Shown here one piece after another: positions 29,201 through 44,200 of a stretch of 64,000 nucleotides of DNA (the stretch's first letter is position 1; each line of letters opens with the position of its first letter). This stretch comes from a virus (taxonomy: Duplodnaviria > Caudoviricetes): positions 1,312-65,311 of the IMG/VR virus record IMGVR_UViG_2061766007_000017. One strand, given 5' to 3'. The position numbers were made by a program, and so were the translations under genes. A model generated the notes under the pieces. That model had not been told where the DNA came from and did not search any database. It saw only the letters and a list, made by a program, of their open reading frames with translations.

Positions 29201-32200
29201 TTCAGTTCTTCGCTGGCATATCCTTTTTCCCTCGCGTCCTGGTGCCGCTTGGATTGGATCTCGTCGATGAAAAGCACCCTGCGCCGTCTGATCCCACCAC
29301 GGGCATTAGTCCGTCCAGCAAAAGCGTCCCTTTCGTCCCTTGCGGCTAAGAAAGCATCACGGTTTTCGTCCGAAGGTTCCTTGTCTGCCTTATCGAAAGC
29401 ATCCTTGACTTTCTTATTCAGGCGTTCAAGTTCGGCCTTATCTTCGGGTTTCACGACAACTTCTTCGTCCACGAAGGCATCACCGAACCTTGCCCACGCG
29501 ATAGCACGCCCCTCACCAGCATCGCCGAAATGGATATTGTCTTGCTGATTCCACGGCTCAATCGTCGGGACGGTCAGCGCGATCTCGCGCTTGTTGGAAA
29601 GGCCATCCGTAGTATAAGTAATCCTGGTAGGATGAATGGTTCTACCATATTTGATGCGCATCTGGCCGTCTCCATAATCAGCAATCCTTTCTGCTATCTG
29701 TTTCATCCAATACATATCGAGCCGAGAATACGGCTGTCCTTCGTTTGGAGTCACAATCTGGTAGTCATAGTCGTAATCATGTTGGAGTCTGCGATAAACA
29801 TCCGCAGCCACATCCTCGTCCACGAACTCCGTGGAGGTTCCTCCGTCCCCAGGATAGAAACGGAAAGCCGAGAAAACATCGCGTCCATAACGCTGCTCAA
29901 CTATCTGATTCCACTCATTATCGCCGCCCATCGGGATATTGTCCGCATCAGTGTAGGCCACATCATCAATCTGAATCTTGTTCTGATTGATATATTCCAG
30001 GACCTCCTGCTTGGTGAGCGTCTTGCGGTCTGAGGCTTCGAGCCAATCGGACAGGCCAATCCACTTGTCCTCTCCGGCTTTGAGACCGCCCTTGCCCTCA
30101 ATCATCTTCAACCACTGCTGGGGAGTAGCCTTCTCCATCTGGATTGCATTGACCGCAGCCTCCGCATTGGAAATGAAGCCGTCCACGCCAGCGACGCGGT
30201 TTCGTACCACATCCCCCTCGCGTAATTGCGGTTCACGCCCGGCAGCACGGACAATCTCGTCCACTTCATCGTTCGAGAGGATGCGATTGACCTTCATGGC
30301 TCCGGTGATAATCCAGGGGTCGGTTTCCGGATTCGGGTTAGTGCGGTATCGGTAAAAACCATCTTCCGGGACCCGTTTCAATCCGGCAAGGGAGTGCTGG
30401 AACTTACCGTTTGCATTGATGCCTTCGGCCTCAGCGTCCTTCTGATAGTCGTTGTCGGCAGCATATTCAACCTCGGCCCAAACAAAGTCACGCGGGAACA
30501 GTTCTTTCTGACCATTCGCAGGGTTAATCCTGTTGAACTGGATAGCGTAAGGGATTTCGCCAAGATGCCAGCCAGGACGATATGCGAGCGTACCACTTCC
30601 ACCCTGCGTTCCTTTGCCGCCTGCCTTGACTTGTGGACGGCCCGTTTTGCTCTGACCAGCCACAGGTGCCGCATCTGCATCAAGCCATACTCCAACGGGT
30701 GTTGCCTCGCCATTGGGATTGGCGACCATAGGAGGATAGAGTTTCCCGTCTTTTCCACGATAGAACACCTTATAGCCTATGCCGGTTTTCTTGGGAGCAG
30801 GTTTAGTGCGGAGTCGATAATGCGTAACTCCTTCATCATAAATGCCGGAAGTATTTGGATTCTCAAAAAAATCAATTATATTTGCAATGTCATTCAGGTC
30901 ATCACTGCTGACGTCAGCGAAAGTCATTCGCTGTTCGGCAATGATGGCCTTGATTCTTTCTTTGTCCAGATACTTTGCCCGGCCATACTTGATCCAGCGC
31001 ACCCACTCGTCCGTATCCTTCGGATAAACAGTCCTGATACTGTTAATCTCCAGTCGCTGACCGCCAACCACGGGATTCAGATACAGGCCGACGACAAAGT
31101 TTTTCCCATTGTGTTCTATCTCAACGATAAGGTCTCTCGCCACATCATCGCCCTTACCCCTTGCAAAAACCGCAATTGGATTATTGATTGCATCTACAAG
31201 GCCACTTAACTCATCGAGTGTGTAATCGTGATTATTCGCTTTTTCGGCAAGACGGGATGCGGCAAGATTGATAGGCATGTTCGGCACGCCTACACTACGG
31301 AGAATGGCACCAGGGAGGCCAAGTTTATGAACATAGCCTGCCGGGAGCGTTCCTTCGATTTGTCTCTTAAGGCTATTCTCGAAAGTATTGGCCGCTTCTT
31401 CCTCCAGACGGGCGTAAGAGGCGACAAGCATTTCTCGGATAGTATCATCCGTGATGTAGGTATCCCTGCCCGTAATGGTGGAAATGAGATTGCGGACGGC
31501 TTCAAGTATCCTGCGCCACAGGCCACGCTCGGCCTTTGTGTAGTCGGTCTTTTGCGCCAGTCCTGCAATGTATTCCTCGGCTGCGTATTCCAGGGTCCAG
31601 TCGTTTTCTTCGGCCATGTCCTGAATCTTCGCACGGATGCTTGGAGCAGCCTTTTCCAGGACATCTGCGATGAAGTCCTTCATCCCCTGTTCGCCGAGCA
31701 TTTCGCGCAGTCCAAAATGGGCCACACCTTCATGGAGCAGGGTTTCAACGGCATCGTCCACGGATTCGCAGTTGGCAAGATTGATTCGCACGAAGTCGGT
31801 GCCTTCGGTGTACGCACCCTTGCTTTGCAGTCCGCTATCGAATACGACACGAAGTCCAAGTCGCTTTGCAAGTCTGTTCACGGAAGAAACGGCCTGTGCG
31901 ACTACGGTAGGATCATTCATATTCAACTTCGGCGCATTCCTATTTACTTCGCTATTGTGCGTCTCTCCTTCACCGTCCTCGTCCTCGTCCATGACTACAC
32001 CTTCAAGCCGCTGACTCAAACCGGCCATTTCGTTGGGTGTGCCATGATTTGCCATTTCAGCGTACTTCTTTTCCTTTTCGGCCATTTCAGCCTTCATCTT
32101 CTCGGTGTAGTCCTTGACGACTTCCTCCTGCTTCTGAAGTTTGTCCTCGTCGGCGAAAGGCTTACCGCGACGCTGCAGCATCAAGTCGTTGTCCGCATTG

Positions 32201-35200
32201 AGACGGGAGATTGTATTTTCCAGGTTGGTGACGGCCTGCTCAAAGTATTTCCCGGATGCGAATGTAGCGATAAATTCCTGTGGAATGTCTTTGATTCCGT
32301 TCATGCCGCCCATGATATAGTGCCCTACAAGCCCGATGGACGGGCAGGAATACTCTACGCGGGTTCGCATGACAGGCTTGTACTGGTAGGTCTTGTCGTT
32401 CCACTCCTGAGTGCGGTCTATACCAACCTTCACATCAACGGAAACGCCGTCGAAGGTCATGGTATAATGCTTGTCCTCGGTCGTGAATCCGCGATCGTTC
32501 CTACGACGCTCCACCAGTTCGCGAAGCGGCCCGGTAATCTTTTCCTTGATAGCCTCCCCAATCTGCTCCGCACCCTTCGCCTTACGGCCAGAGATTGTGA
32601 TTTCCTTCACGCTGCCGTCCGGGAAAGTGCTCTTTACCTTGGCAAGGTTCGCCTTTGCCTCGTCAATGAGTTTCTTGTCGTATTCTATCCGGTTGTTATT
32701 GTCTTTCAGTGTGCGCTCGATGTAAATCTGGTCCTGCCTGTACTGCTCCTTCTTGTTGCGGAGTTTACGCAGTTCGCGCTCGGCCTGCGATTTCAGCAGC
32801 GCATACTGACTTCCGGAAAGGACGGCCACAGGATTGTCGAACTCGCCTTCCTCGGCTTCCTCCAACACACGGTTGTCCATGCCGTTGGCAAGCAGAGGCT
32901 TTCCGTCCATGACGGAGTTGATGAACTTGCTCTTGGTAGAGAGACGCTGGTAGGCGGTCACATCCAGGGAATCCTCCACACCGAAACGGACGACGCGGAC
33001 GGGGATGCCCCAGTCGCGATGCAGGTTGCCCTGCCGAAGGATACGGCCATTCCGCTGGGTGTAGTCCATCGGACGGTTCGGTGCGTCCAGATGCGCCTCG
33101 AAGAACAGGCGTTCCTGGATGTTCACGCCGGTTCCAAGCGTGGCCGTTGTTCCCATGATGACGCGCACCTCGCCCGAATTGACACGGGCGAAGATTTTCT
33201 CCTTCAAAGCCGTGTTCATGCCGGACTTCATGATTACGATCTGGTCTTCCGGAACGCCAGCCGCCATGAGTTTGCGCTTGATTTCCTCGAAGATGTTGAA
33301 TCCCTCCGTGCGCCGGCCAGCAGCATCCGTGTCCCAACGACGGAAGTTGTCGCAGAACAGGGCGCATGTGCCGTTGTACCGCTCGCTATCCTTCAGTGCT
33401 TTCAGCGTTTCCTCGACCGCCCTGTTCGTCTTGGAGAGCGGTTCGTCAGGTGCCTGGCTATCCACAAGGCGCGGGTCGATAGCGGCCATCTTCGCAATGC
33501 CGAACATGGTAAGCGGGATATGGCTGTTCTCCTTCTTCTCCTTACCGGACATTTTTTCGTACTCTTCGAGGTGCTGACGGACATAGTTCATGATGTCCAC
33601 AAGCGAACCGGACTGAGGCAGATAGATGTCACGGGCCTGGTTCACATGCTCGCGCCCATCCGCGCCCGTCCAGTTTTCCATCTTCGGTTGCTTGTCCTCC
33701 AGTTTCTCGCCACCCTCGGCCACGGCATCCTCGGAACGGACAGTATCGCAAACCGACCACCAGATGCGGATAAGTTCGGGCAGGTTGGTGTAAGAGGCAA
33801 ATCTGGTGTTCTCCTTGAACTTGCCACTTGTCGTGAACTCCAGGCTTTGCGCGATGTTACCGAAGTTGCGGACGAAATCATCGAAGTAGTAGATATGGTT
33901 CTGACGCATCATGTCGTCCGGCATGAGGTACTTCATGAAGGTCCAGATCTCCGCTGCGGTGTTGGATATAGGCGTACCTGTCGCAAAGATTACATTCTTC
34001 CAGCCGGCCTTATCAAAGACAGCGCGAGTCTTGAGATATACGCCGGCAGATTTCTTGGAGCCCGTAGAATCCACGCCTTTAACTCCGCGCTGCATGGCGG
34101 TCGAGAATCCAAGGTGCTTGTAGGAATGGGCCTCATCGACAAGCAGTGCATCAATGCCCATGTCGTCGAAGTCGGACACATCGTCCGTCCTGCGGTCGAG
34201 TTGTTTCTGCGCCCTTGCAGCGGCATTGACTTTCGCCTCGGCTTCCTTCTTCGCATCTTTCTTACCTGCCTTGCCCTTCTTCGGCGGCTTCTCGCCATAC
34301 TGGTATTCATACTGCAGGTCTTCCAGTTCCTTCTTCAACTGACGCTCAGCACTGGCATTATTGGCCTGCTTTGCCTGTTCGAGGATGAACATCTTCTCGT
34401 CAATCTTCTCCTGGATGAACGCACGCTGGCGTTCCTCGCTATCCGGAATCATCTCGAACACCGACTGCGGGACGATAATCATGTCCCAGTCGTTGTACTT
34501 GATTTTTGCATAGAAGGCTGTGCGCCCCTCAACGGTGCGGTCTGCTTCGGAAATGGTTAGAACCTTAGCGTTCGGATAGAGTTCCTTCGCTGAACTGACA
34601 AACTGGCCCAGTGTCGCGTTCTGCACGACAATCATGGGTTTCTTTGCCGTACCGAGCCGGCGCATCTCCATCGCGGTCGCTATGAGCGTGAAGGTCTTTC
34701 CGGTTCCGACTTCGTGAGCCAGCATAAGCGGCTCGGTCGTGCCACGGATAACCGCCTTGGACTGATGTTCGCGCAGGTGGAGTTCCTTGCCGTTGTTCAG
34801 TTTGGTGGCCATGCCCTCGAAATGAGCAGGGAGGAATGTGTCCTTGATTTCTTTCGGGACAATCGCGTTGAAAGTGTCGTTGTACACCTTCCCGATACGC
34901 TGGGCAAGTTCCGGTTCGTCCAGCATCTTTGCGCGCGCCCATTCCTTGAAATCGTCTCTCATCTCGGACATCTTCGCGGTAGCGGCCTGCGTTGCCTCCT
35001 TGTCATGTTCCGTGATGGTCTGGCCCGTCACGGGGTCCTTGTAGGAACGCGAGAACACGACGGAACTATTGTTCATGGCCGCGATCATGAGTTCATGCCC
35101 TCGCTTGTCGATGTTCAGCACATTACTGCGAACACCGGCAGCGCGGTTCTTCTCCGTGCGGACATTCATCTCCCACTCGTTATCGGAAATCGTCCAGGAA

Positions 35201-38200
35201 CCGCCAAGCATGAAAGGCTTGAAGTTGTCATTGACATCAAACTTTTCCTTGGCATAACTGGTGTAGAGTTCCACCGGCATCCAGTCCGAACCGAGCGAGA
35301 ACTCGATAAGGTGTGCAGGAATATCGGCAGGGACGACTTTCTCCAGCGCGGAGATATTCTTGTCGTACTTCCCTTCTTCGTTGTGCTGGCGGGCGTATTC
35401 CAGTTTTTCGCGCACATTTCCGGACAGGTATTCGTACTCAACCTCGATGCCGCCGGTCAGCGGATTCTCGAATCCAAGACCGCTATCGAGGATTTCCTGA
35501 CGCACGGTATCCTCGTCCTTGTTGAGCGCGTCTGCGATGAATGGTACATCAATCCGACCGAACTGGTTCATGGACACGATAACGCCGTCCTTCGCGTCCT
35601 TCGGGGTCGGGACGCGCTTCGCACCAAGGACACGACCGGAGAAGATGCTGGTTTTCTTCACATCGATCTTGACCTTGCCGTCAATGGTTTTCTTCTCCTT
35701 GTAGTCCTCCACGGCGGCGATAGCCGGGAAGTCCACATCGTTGCGAAGGAACGAAATGGCCGTGTTGCGGTTCAGTCTGGAATAGCGGTGCGCAAAGGTG
35801 TCGTACGCCCTGTTCAGTTTCGACAGGAGAGGCTTCAATCCTTCGTCCGACTCATTCTTCAACTGATAGTCCAGGACTTCGTTGATGGCTGTTTTCAGCG
35901 CGTTGTAGTCAGAAAGCACCTGCGCCTTGGAATATCCCTTCACTTTCTGGGCATTAACGCCCAAGGGAATCGCCTTTCCGCTGCGGGAGATACATATCTC
36001 TCCCTTGGAGTTGGTGACAAGTTGTCCTTCCTTGGTCGCATTGGATTCCTCCACTTCGGTTTCGGCCGGAGCGGTGACGGCCTGCTCCTCAACTTGCATG
36101 GACGAGAACTGCTTCGCCCATTTCGCAAGACGCTTGTTCTGGTCAATCTTCTCGGACGGCCAGAGCGCGGAACTTCCGGGGCGATAGGTATCCTTGTGCT
36201 CGAATCCGAATCCCATTTCGCCGCCCATGTTCTCCGGGTGCTCAACGAAATAGGTATTGAGTTCCATCGCCGCCTTTCCGGTCTTGTACTCATAGGCGCG
36301 GGTCTTGGGATTCCATTCCCTATCGTCAAGCACATAATCCTCGCGACGGGTGATCTGCGTGTCGGTCACATCAATCGCGTTGGGAGACACCTTGCCATTG
36401 ACGCGCTTGCGGACTACGATGATGTCGGAAGTTGCTCCGGTTCCCTCGAAGGTCTCATTGTTCAGACGGAACGCTCCGATTACATCGGCCTCTCCCTCGT
36501 TCACAATCCACTGGCGAAGTGCCTTGCTGCTGTTATCCAGCGTGCCACGGGTTGAGATGAAGATGCCGAGACCGCCTGGGGCGAGTTTGCGGATATTCTT
36601 CGCGATGCAGAAGTCGTGGATCTTGCCTCCGAACTTCCTCGTGATGTCCTTTTCCTTGGAATCATAGACATTGATGTCCCCGAACGGAACATTGGTAATG
36701 GCAAGGTCTATGCTTCCATTGGGGATGTCCGTTTCCTGGAATCCCTGCACATGCACCGTTGCGTCAGGGTACAGGAGACCGAGGATGCCGCCCGTGATGT
36801 TGTCCAATTCGACGGCGGTGATTGCGCTACGCTCGCTGATGTTTTTCGGCATGGAGGCAAGGATAGCACCAGTTCCAGCAGACCCTTCGAGGATATTGCC
36901 GCCCTGGAAACCGAGACGCTTTGCTACCTCCCACATGTTGTCAATGACCTCGACAGGGGTGTAGTATGCCGTGTTGATGGAAAGGGCCGCGGCCTCCATT
37001 TCCTCATCGGTAAGCAAGGATTTGAGTTCACGGTGTTCCGCAGAGTATTCGTTGTTGAAGTAACCGCCAAGACCACCCCAGCCGGTATATTGACGGAGCA
37101 CGGCCATTTGTTCCTTGGTCGCGTTCTTTCCGCTATCCTGCAATTCTTTCAGCAGACGGATGGCGGCGATATTTGCCTTGAATCGTGCGGCAGGTGTCTT
37201 GGGATAGACGACCTCGCCCTTCGCAACGCGATTGTTGCGTGTATTCCGCTTTACGGAATCATCATATCGAGGTCGCAGAGCCCGTGAGCGGCCATGAAGG
37301 TCTCCCTCGCGTCCTCCTTCTCCGCCTCGGTCAGGTCGGACACTTTCTTGCCCAGCGCTTTCGCCTTGGCTTCCAGTGCCTGCTGGTACTCCTTGTGGTT
37401 GTTCACTACGGTCATTGTCTGTATCGTTTACAGGTTCTTCAATCTTGCTTATCTGCTCCCACTCTACAACCTCATAGAGAACTGGAGCGAGGCCGGCATC
37501 AAGCACGGGCCGTCCGTCATTCTCGAAATCGTAAATGGTAGCCTCCTGGGTGGAACGGTCTCCCTGGCTGGGCCTGTACTGAACCTTCTCCCCAATCCTG
37601 TATCCGTTCACCTCGGTCGGCTTGACCCTGGCGGCAGGCGCGTCGGTGTTTACCTCATCTACTGGAGCGGGTTCCTCCGCATCGTAAAGAGTGGCGAAAA
37701 GACCGCCAAGGGCGGCATCCCCTTCCTCTTGCGAAGATACGGTTTTTTTCTTGGATTTCCTATTCTTTTCGGCCTGTTCTTTAGCGACTTGCAGTACATC
37801 GACAGGACCTGTTTGGACTTGTGACTCCGGCAGATAATCGCGAGCGGCATTCCGGACACCACGGAGGATTTCGTCATAGGTTGCATTATAACTGGTGTAG
37901 TAATTCCGTCCGTATTTTTCGGCTCCGGTAGCGGAGGGATTCTCGACACGATACATGATGTCAAGTCCCTGAATACCTACGGCCAGTCCGCGGATCATGA
38001 GACTATCATCTGCATCCGGTTCCATGTGGATGTCCACATAGAGTTCACGCCCCTCATTGAGAGGGAGCCGGAAGGTCACATCACCACCGGCAGGCGCGAT
38101 ATTAGCCTTGGCGAGTTGCTTCCGACCGACATTGAGTCCCAAATCCGCAGCCAGTCTTTTAGCCAACTTGTCTGCATCCTTCACGGCCTTCTTCTCGGCA

Positions 38201-41200
38201 GACTTCATGTAGCCGTAACTCTCATGGAACGGTTCGGTCTGGTCAGCCTTGTAGTATCCGAGCAGGGCGAGTTGGTCGTCGATGGACTCCAGGGCGTTGT
38301 CTATACGGGTGACTACTTCTGCGGCTGCTTGCTCTCCTGTGCCCTCTGCTTCCGCAAGAGATTGCGCTTCGACTGCAATAGATGCCGCTTCGCTGACAAT
38401 AGTTGCTGTATCTGCTGCTGTCTCGACATCGGTTTGTTGTTCGGCATTTTCAGGTGCGTTTATTGTGTTGAACTTGATTGCGTCTTCCTCGTTCTCGAAC
38501 AGGAATCCCTTGGCACCGCCATAAGACGAATAGTAGCCGCCAAGTTCCTTTGCACGGGATTTGAGTTGCTTGAACTCGTCTTTGGTCAGCCTGTCGCCCG
38601 TCAGACGGACAATGGACATCTCCTGTCCGGTCTTTGTATGGGTGTACTTGCCCAGTTCGCCCAGGGTCTGGCCAGAGGCTTCCACAGACTGAACGGGTTC
38701 CGTAAAGGCATGAAGTCTATCCTTCATCCCTTTAACCAACGATTCTTTGTCGGATTCTTTGTTTTCCTGTTCAGTTCCGGGGATTGGCTCCCCGCTCGCG
38801 GATTCCCAAATGGTGATCGGCGGTTCGCCGAAATTGACTACATTACTTTTCCAGACGGCTGATGCAAAGAGCCGTTCGTCCTGGGATGCAGTTCCTCTTT
38901 CTCCCAGAGCCGCTTGAAGGATTTCGTCCACATTGCCTTGTCCTGCTCCGTTGCCGGTTTCTCGTAGGGCTCCAGCATGCTCTCCTCCCATTCCAGATAG
39001 GCGGCTAATCCTTCTTCGTAACTCTTGTACTTGTCTTTCAGATAGTTCATAGACTGATTCTTTTATGCTCTTGTCAGCAAACTTTCGGAATGTGCTATTC
39101 GGTTTATCGCCGATGCTTTTCAGGTACTGCAGGCTCAAATACCGGCCAGTCCGCGCAAATCTGGACGCGGCCCGCATGATGGATGCTTCCTCGGTCACAT
39201 CGTTAAAGCACAGTTCGACCGAGTAACCGGCGACCCGTAAAGGCAGGGCAATCTCATTGATAATACTTGCGCCTCCAATCTTGGGGATGACGATGTTCTC
39301 GCCACGCTCCGCCGCCTTGATAATCGCCTCGTCAGCGACCTTTGCGGATGCAGCGTTCACATAGTTGGCACCGACACCGCCATTGTAGTTTCGGAGCCAG
39401 GGCTTCACGATGTCGCTGTCAATGATGCGTGCCTTGTGCTGCTTGGACAACGGATCTGCGAATACGCTGCTCTTTCCTCCTGCCGGACGGCCAATGACGA
39501 TGAACGCTTTCTTTTCCCTTGCGACAGGACCGGAGTAATCGTTTTTCCCTGCATAACTGCCGTTGTCGTCGGCAAGAAGGCGGTCTGAATACGCCTGTAC
39601 TTCTTCGTCAGTCAGGACGAGTGATTCACTTCCCGTTTCCTCCTTCGCACGGACACCAACATCCTTGATGGCTTTCTCCGCATCAATGACCTCCTGCAGT
39701 TTCTCCAGTTCCGTGACAGGAATAACCACATTGTCCTCCGACGCTTCCGTAATGAAGGCCAGTTCAGGCTTTGCAAATTCCGGGTTTTCGTTGGCAAAGA
39801 ACTCACGCGCCTGGGCGGTCATGTAAGTCCGATAATCGGACGCATCGACACCCACTTCGCTCTCTTGCAAAGTTACTGAAACTTCGGGAGTTTTCCTACT
39901 GTTTTCGGTAGTTTCTTCCACACTCACAGGGGTCGCGAAGTCGGAAGTTCTTACCTCGTTCCGCTTGCCGCGTGCAAGGTCATTGACAGCACCAAACAGG
40001 GAGTTCACATCGACTTGCTGGACTGGAGCGACAGGCTCCGGTTGTGATGCCTCCTTGGGTTGCGTAACGGGTTGTTCAATTCCGATAGAGTTCACATCAA
40101 TACCGTCCACGGCTGACGCGGAATCCATGTCGCCCTTGAACGGCTCCATGCCAGGAAGGTCGCGAGCGCCGTTGTAGATGGCTTTCAGATAGGGACGGAT
40201 AGCGTCGCCCAGGTCTTTAATCATGCGCTGGGCGAAGTCCACGAACTTACGGGCACCGGCCTCAACATGGTAAGCGGCCATCTGCGCGCCGATGAAGAAC
40301 ACTTCCGGGTCAAACCCTGCATTGAGTTGGCCCAGTTTCTCTCTCATCCGCTTTTTCAGTTCCTCATACTTGTCGGTCGTGATGATGGTGTTCTGCGAGC
40401 CGTATGCAGGAGCGGGTTCGGTTTGTTCCTCAACGGATTCGGTCTCCGCTTGCGGATTGACAAGCCGGTTATAGAGTTCGGCAGTCCGGCGTACCATTTC
40501 ATCCTTGGATTCCTTGCTGATGCCGTTCTTCCGAAGGTCGGAAAGAATGGTGTCAATTTCCTGCGCCACATCTTCCCCGAAGAAGTCCTGGTATGATTCC
40601 AAGGTGTGCACTACCCTTGCATAGTTCCCGTTTTGGGCAAAGTTGTCGAGGGCGTTTTTGACAAATCCGAGCGCATCCTCGGCGCTTTCCTCCTTTTTCG
40701 CGTCCTCTTTCGGCAGTTCCACCTTGACGATGTAGTCAATGAGGTCCTTCGTCTCGGTGAAGGTCTCGCCGTATGGCGCTGCCTTCTTTGCGCGGTCATT
40801 GAGGATGAACCGCATGAACTCGATGGCGTGATTTATCGCATCCTTACGGCTGCTGTACGGGATATAACTTGCCTTGAAGGTCGGTAACACGCTCCCCCAG
40901 GACGAACCGACACCTCCGTCAGCCGTGATGTAGGTGGATTCATACCATTTTCCTTCTTTTTCAGCAAGTGCCACTTTCGGGACGGAACTTGTCCTGTCCG
41001 CACCGGGCATGGTGATGATCTGCGGATTCGTGCAGACCCTTTCAGCAATCCAATGGAAGTTGCCGGGCGTGCCTTCTTCATCTTCAAGCGTGAAGCGCGG
41101 CTCGCTTTCCTCGTCGGATTCTTCTGGTGCCTCGACTACTTCTCCACCGAACAGGTCCACGCCAGCCTGGGCCTTGCGCTTGGTGGTCTTTTTCTTGACC

Positions 41201-44200
41201 TTACTTCCCTTCTTCGGACTTTCCTTGACGGCAGGAGCCTCGGCCACGGGTTCTTCCACGACCTCGCCGCCGAACAGGTCTCCCTGTGTTCCCTCAATGC
41301 CGGCATCGGACAAATCTACGCGCATTACGGTGTTCACCACTCCTTCTTCCAGTAAAGCCTGTGGAAGGGTTTTGGACTGGAGCGTAGATAACAGGTTGTC
41401 GCGGTCTTTGGTCTGCCTGTTCTTTTCCGTATGTCGCTGCTGCTCATATTTCAGTGCCTCAATGACGGACTTGATAGCCTCCGACTTAGTATTGTGTTCG
41501 GTTCTATCCATTCCGAGCGAACCGCCACCAGTCCCGTATGATGTGGAACCGCCAGCATGCCACTTGTCCTTATCGTCCTGCCAGAAGTACGCATACGAAA
41601 AATTGGCCCATCCCTTCTTACTTGAAGGGAGTTCGATACGGATAGGATTCATGCAGACGCCATGTCTGTTGATCCAGTATCCGTGCTTGTTCTTTCGCGA
41701 CTTGTCTTTGCTGAGGCACTTGAACTTGTTCGCCTTGAAGTATTTGAGAAGATAGTCAGTCGTAACGGTCGCCTCACGCCGGTCAGTGTGTTCGGCACCG
41801 GGCATCCATTTCCAGATTGTGACGCTATCATTCTTGAATGACCCATGACTAAGTGCGCCTATCGAGAGGGTCTGAATCTTTTCTCCTGTCTTTTTGCTCT
41901 GGTATTCGGTGAAACTGCCGTTGTAGATAAATTCTTCGAGTTCATCCTGGGTGTATGTCTGCTTGGCTACCGTCAGCACGGAAGCATTACCCTTAACGAC
42001 ATACGGCTTTTCCTCCTTTTTCGTCCCCTTTCCTTTTCCGTTCTTCCCCTTTTTCCCCTTGGTGGGTTCCGGTTCATCGTCCTCATCTTCGGGGATTTCC
42101 TCTACATCGGCATCCTCCTGGTATTCCTCATCGACAAGTTCCTCCTCGGCAACTTCATCGATTTCTTCTTCTGCGAGTTGTCCATACTTTTCAATGAGTT
42201 CGTCCACATACTCCTGTACCGGGGCATGTGCTTCCTGCTGCGCCATTTCCAGCCGGTCTATTTCGGCCTGCGCTGCTTTCTTTTTCTTCTTGTCCGATGA
42301 ATGAAGGTCAGCATCGAGACGGGTGTATGCCTCGCCAACCGCATCGTTGAACGGCAGGAAAGACTCCCAGCGACGGACGAACTCGGCAACTTCCTCGTCA
42401 GTCATGTAGTCGGTAAGGTTGTACTCACCGACATTACCCTGTTCGAGGATGACCGCGACTTCCTCGCGATCGTACTGGGCGCGATTTACCTGGCTTCCCT
42501 CACCGCCTTGAACAGGAGCAGGAGTTTGTTCTGTTTCTGCTGCGGCGACTGGCCGGTCTGCTGGGCCTGCCGGTTCTGCGGGCTCTCGTTGTTCCGCTGC
42601 CCGTTCGGAAGTGTCGTAGATGATTCTGGTGTCATATCCAAGGAATTCTAAGATGTTGCGAAGAATGGCCTCCCTCGTCAGGACATCGCCCGTGAGCAGG
42701 CTCATCTGGCCGTTTGCCGACTCCACCGCATCCCTGTTGTACAAAGATAGCACTTTTTTCAGGAATGAAGTCTTGCGGTCGTTGATTGCATCTGCAAGGA
42801 GTTGGACGGATGCCTCGGCGACCACATCGTCCATGAACAGGTGCTGCTGGCGGATGTAGTCCTGCACGCTTTCACCGAACTTGATTTCGCCAAGGGCCTT
42901 GCCGTTGGCGACAAGGGTGATGGCGTCGGTCAGTTCCGTGCGGAGGATGTAGTCGTTCAAGGTGTTGCCGACAAGGATCTGCGAGATAGCGGACACAACG
43001 GACTTGCGGATGCTCTTGTCGGACATGGCAACGCGCACGGCTTCCTCGTCCAGGGCCGCACCGATAAGCGTGCTTTCGAGCAAGTCCATTCCCGCACCGG
43101 ACAGGGTATCGCCGTCACGGAGTGCCGCAACCTGCTCCTGCGAGATGACTTCTGCAGAAAGAAGGATGTCCAGTAGTTCGTTCACTCCTTCCTTGCTGTT
43201 GTACAGGGCGTTGATGTCGTCGTACCTGTCCACAAGCGTTGCGAGGGAGGCCAGTGATTCAGCATTGAGCGTCTTCCCCGCTTTGACGGCCTTTTCAGTC
43301 TTGGACTGGGATTTCTTTTCCTCCGCGTTGAACTTGGCAAATGTGGCCGCATTATAGGGCATGGCGGTATCGGGGACGAACACCACGCGAGGGTGCTGGA
43401 ACTGGCCGACCTGCTCCTTGGTAAAGCCGTACTTCTGCGAATACTTGGCGAGATATTCCAAATACGCGCCGTCGGTATTCTGCGCTGCCGCAATCTGGCT
43501 TGCCATAGTGCGGTCGTTACCGGATAGGACAACGCCGTCAGCGGAAACAATTACAGGCGTTTGCAGGGCACGCTGGTCGTATTTGGCCGCTTTATCCAGG
43601 ACGGACTGCTGCGCTGCCCTGTCGCGCTCGTAGTCGCGGTCATTCACGGTCTTTCCGTTCTCGTCCACAGGGAATCCCTCCGTCATGGAAAATCCGTTGG
43701 CCGGGTTATGGGATGGAGTAGGGGCAAACGCCTCGGTAAGCACATAGTTACCGGTGACAGTCTCCCCGTTCGGCAGACGGATCTCGTCTGGTGCACCGAC
43801 AATCTTCGGTGTCTCGTTCCATCTTTGCTGGATGCCAGGGAAACCAGCCTTCTGCTCTTGCTTGACCTGTTCTGCAGCGGCCTTTCGCTGCTCGCCCGCC
43901 ACGGTCTGACCGGCCTCGGCAGGCAGGTTATATTTGTTCAGAATGGATTGCAGGAGTTCACGCCTGTCGAGTTTCGCACCCAGGGCGGCTTCCATGTTGT
44001 CCATCTCGTCTTCGTCGATGCCTTTCAGCGCGGCTTTCTGGACGGCCTTTGTATCCTTCTCGATTTCCTTGTTGAGTTCGGTAAGGGTGTATTCAATCCG
44101 TTCCTTGCTCGTCACGCGCTGGCTGGGGTTCGAGTCGTTCCAACGCGCCCACGCCTCCGGGTCTTTGTTCCACAGGGCGTTCTGGTCCACGGTCTGCTGG

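Noticed and set aside
31228-34560. 1110-aa plus-strand ORF (also 34714..36555, 24580..26205 and many shorter ones)
   Set aside because: Fully antisense to well-supported genes, no motifs; expected shadows of GC-biased codon usage.
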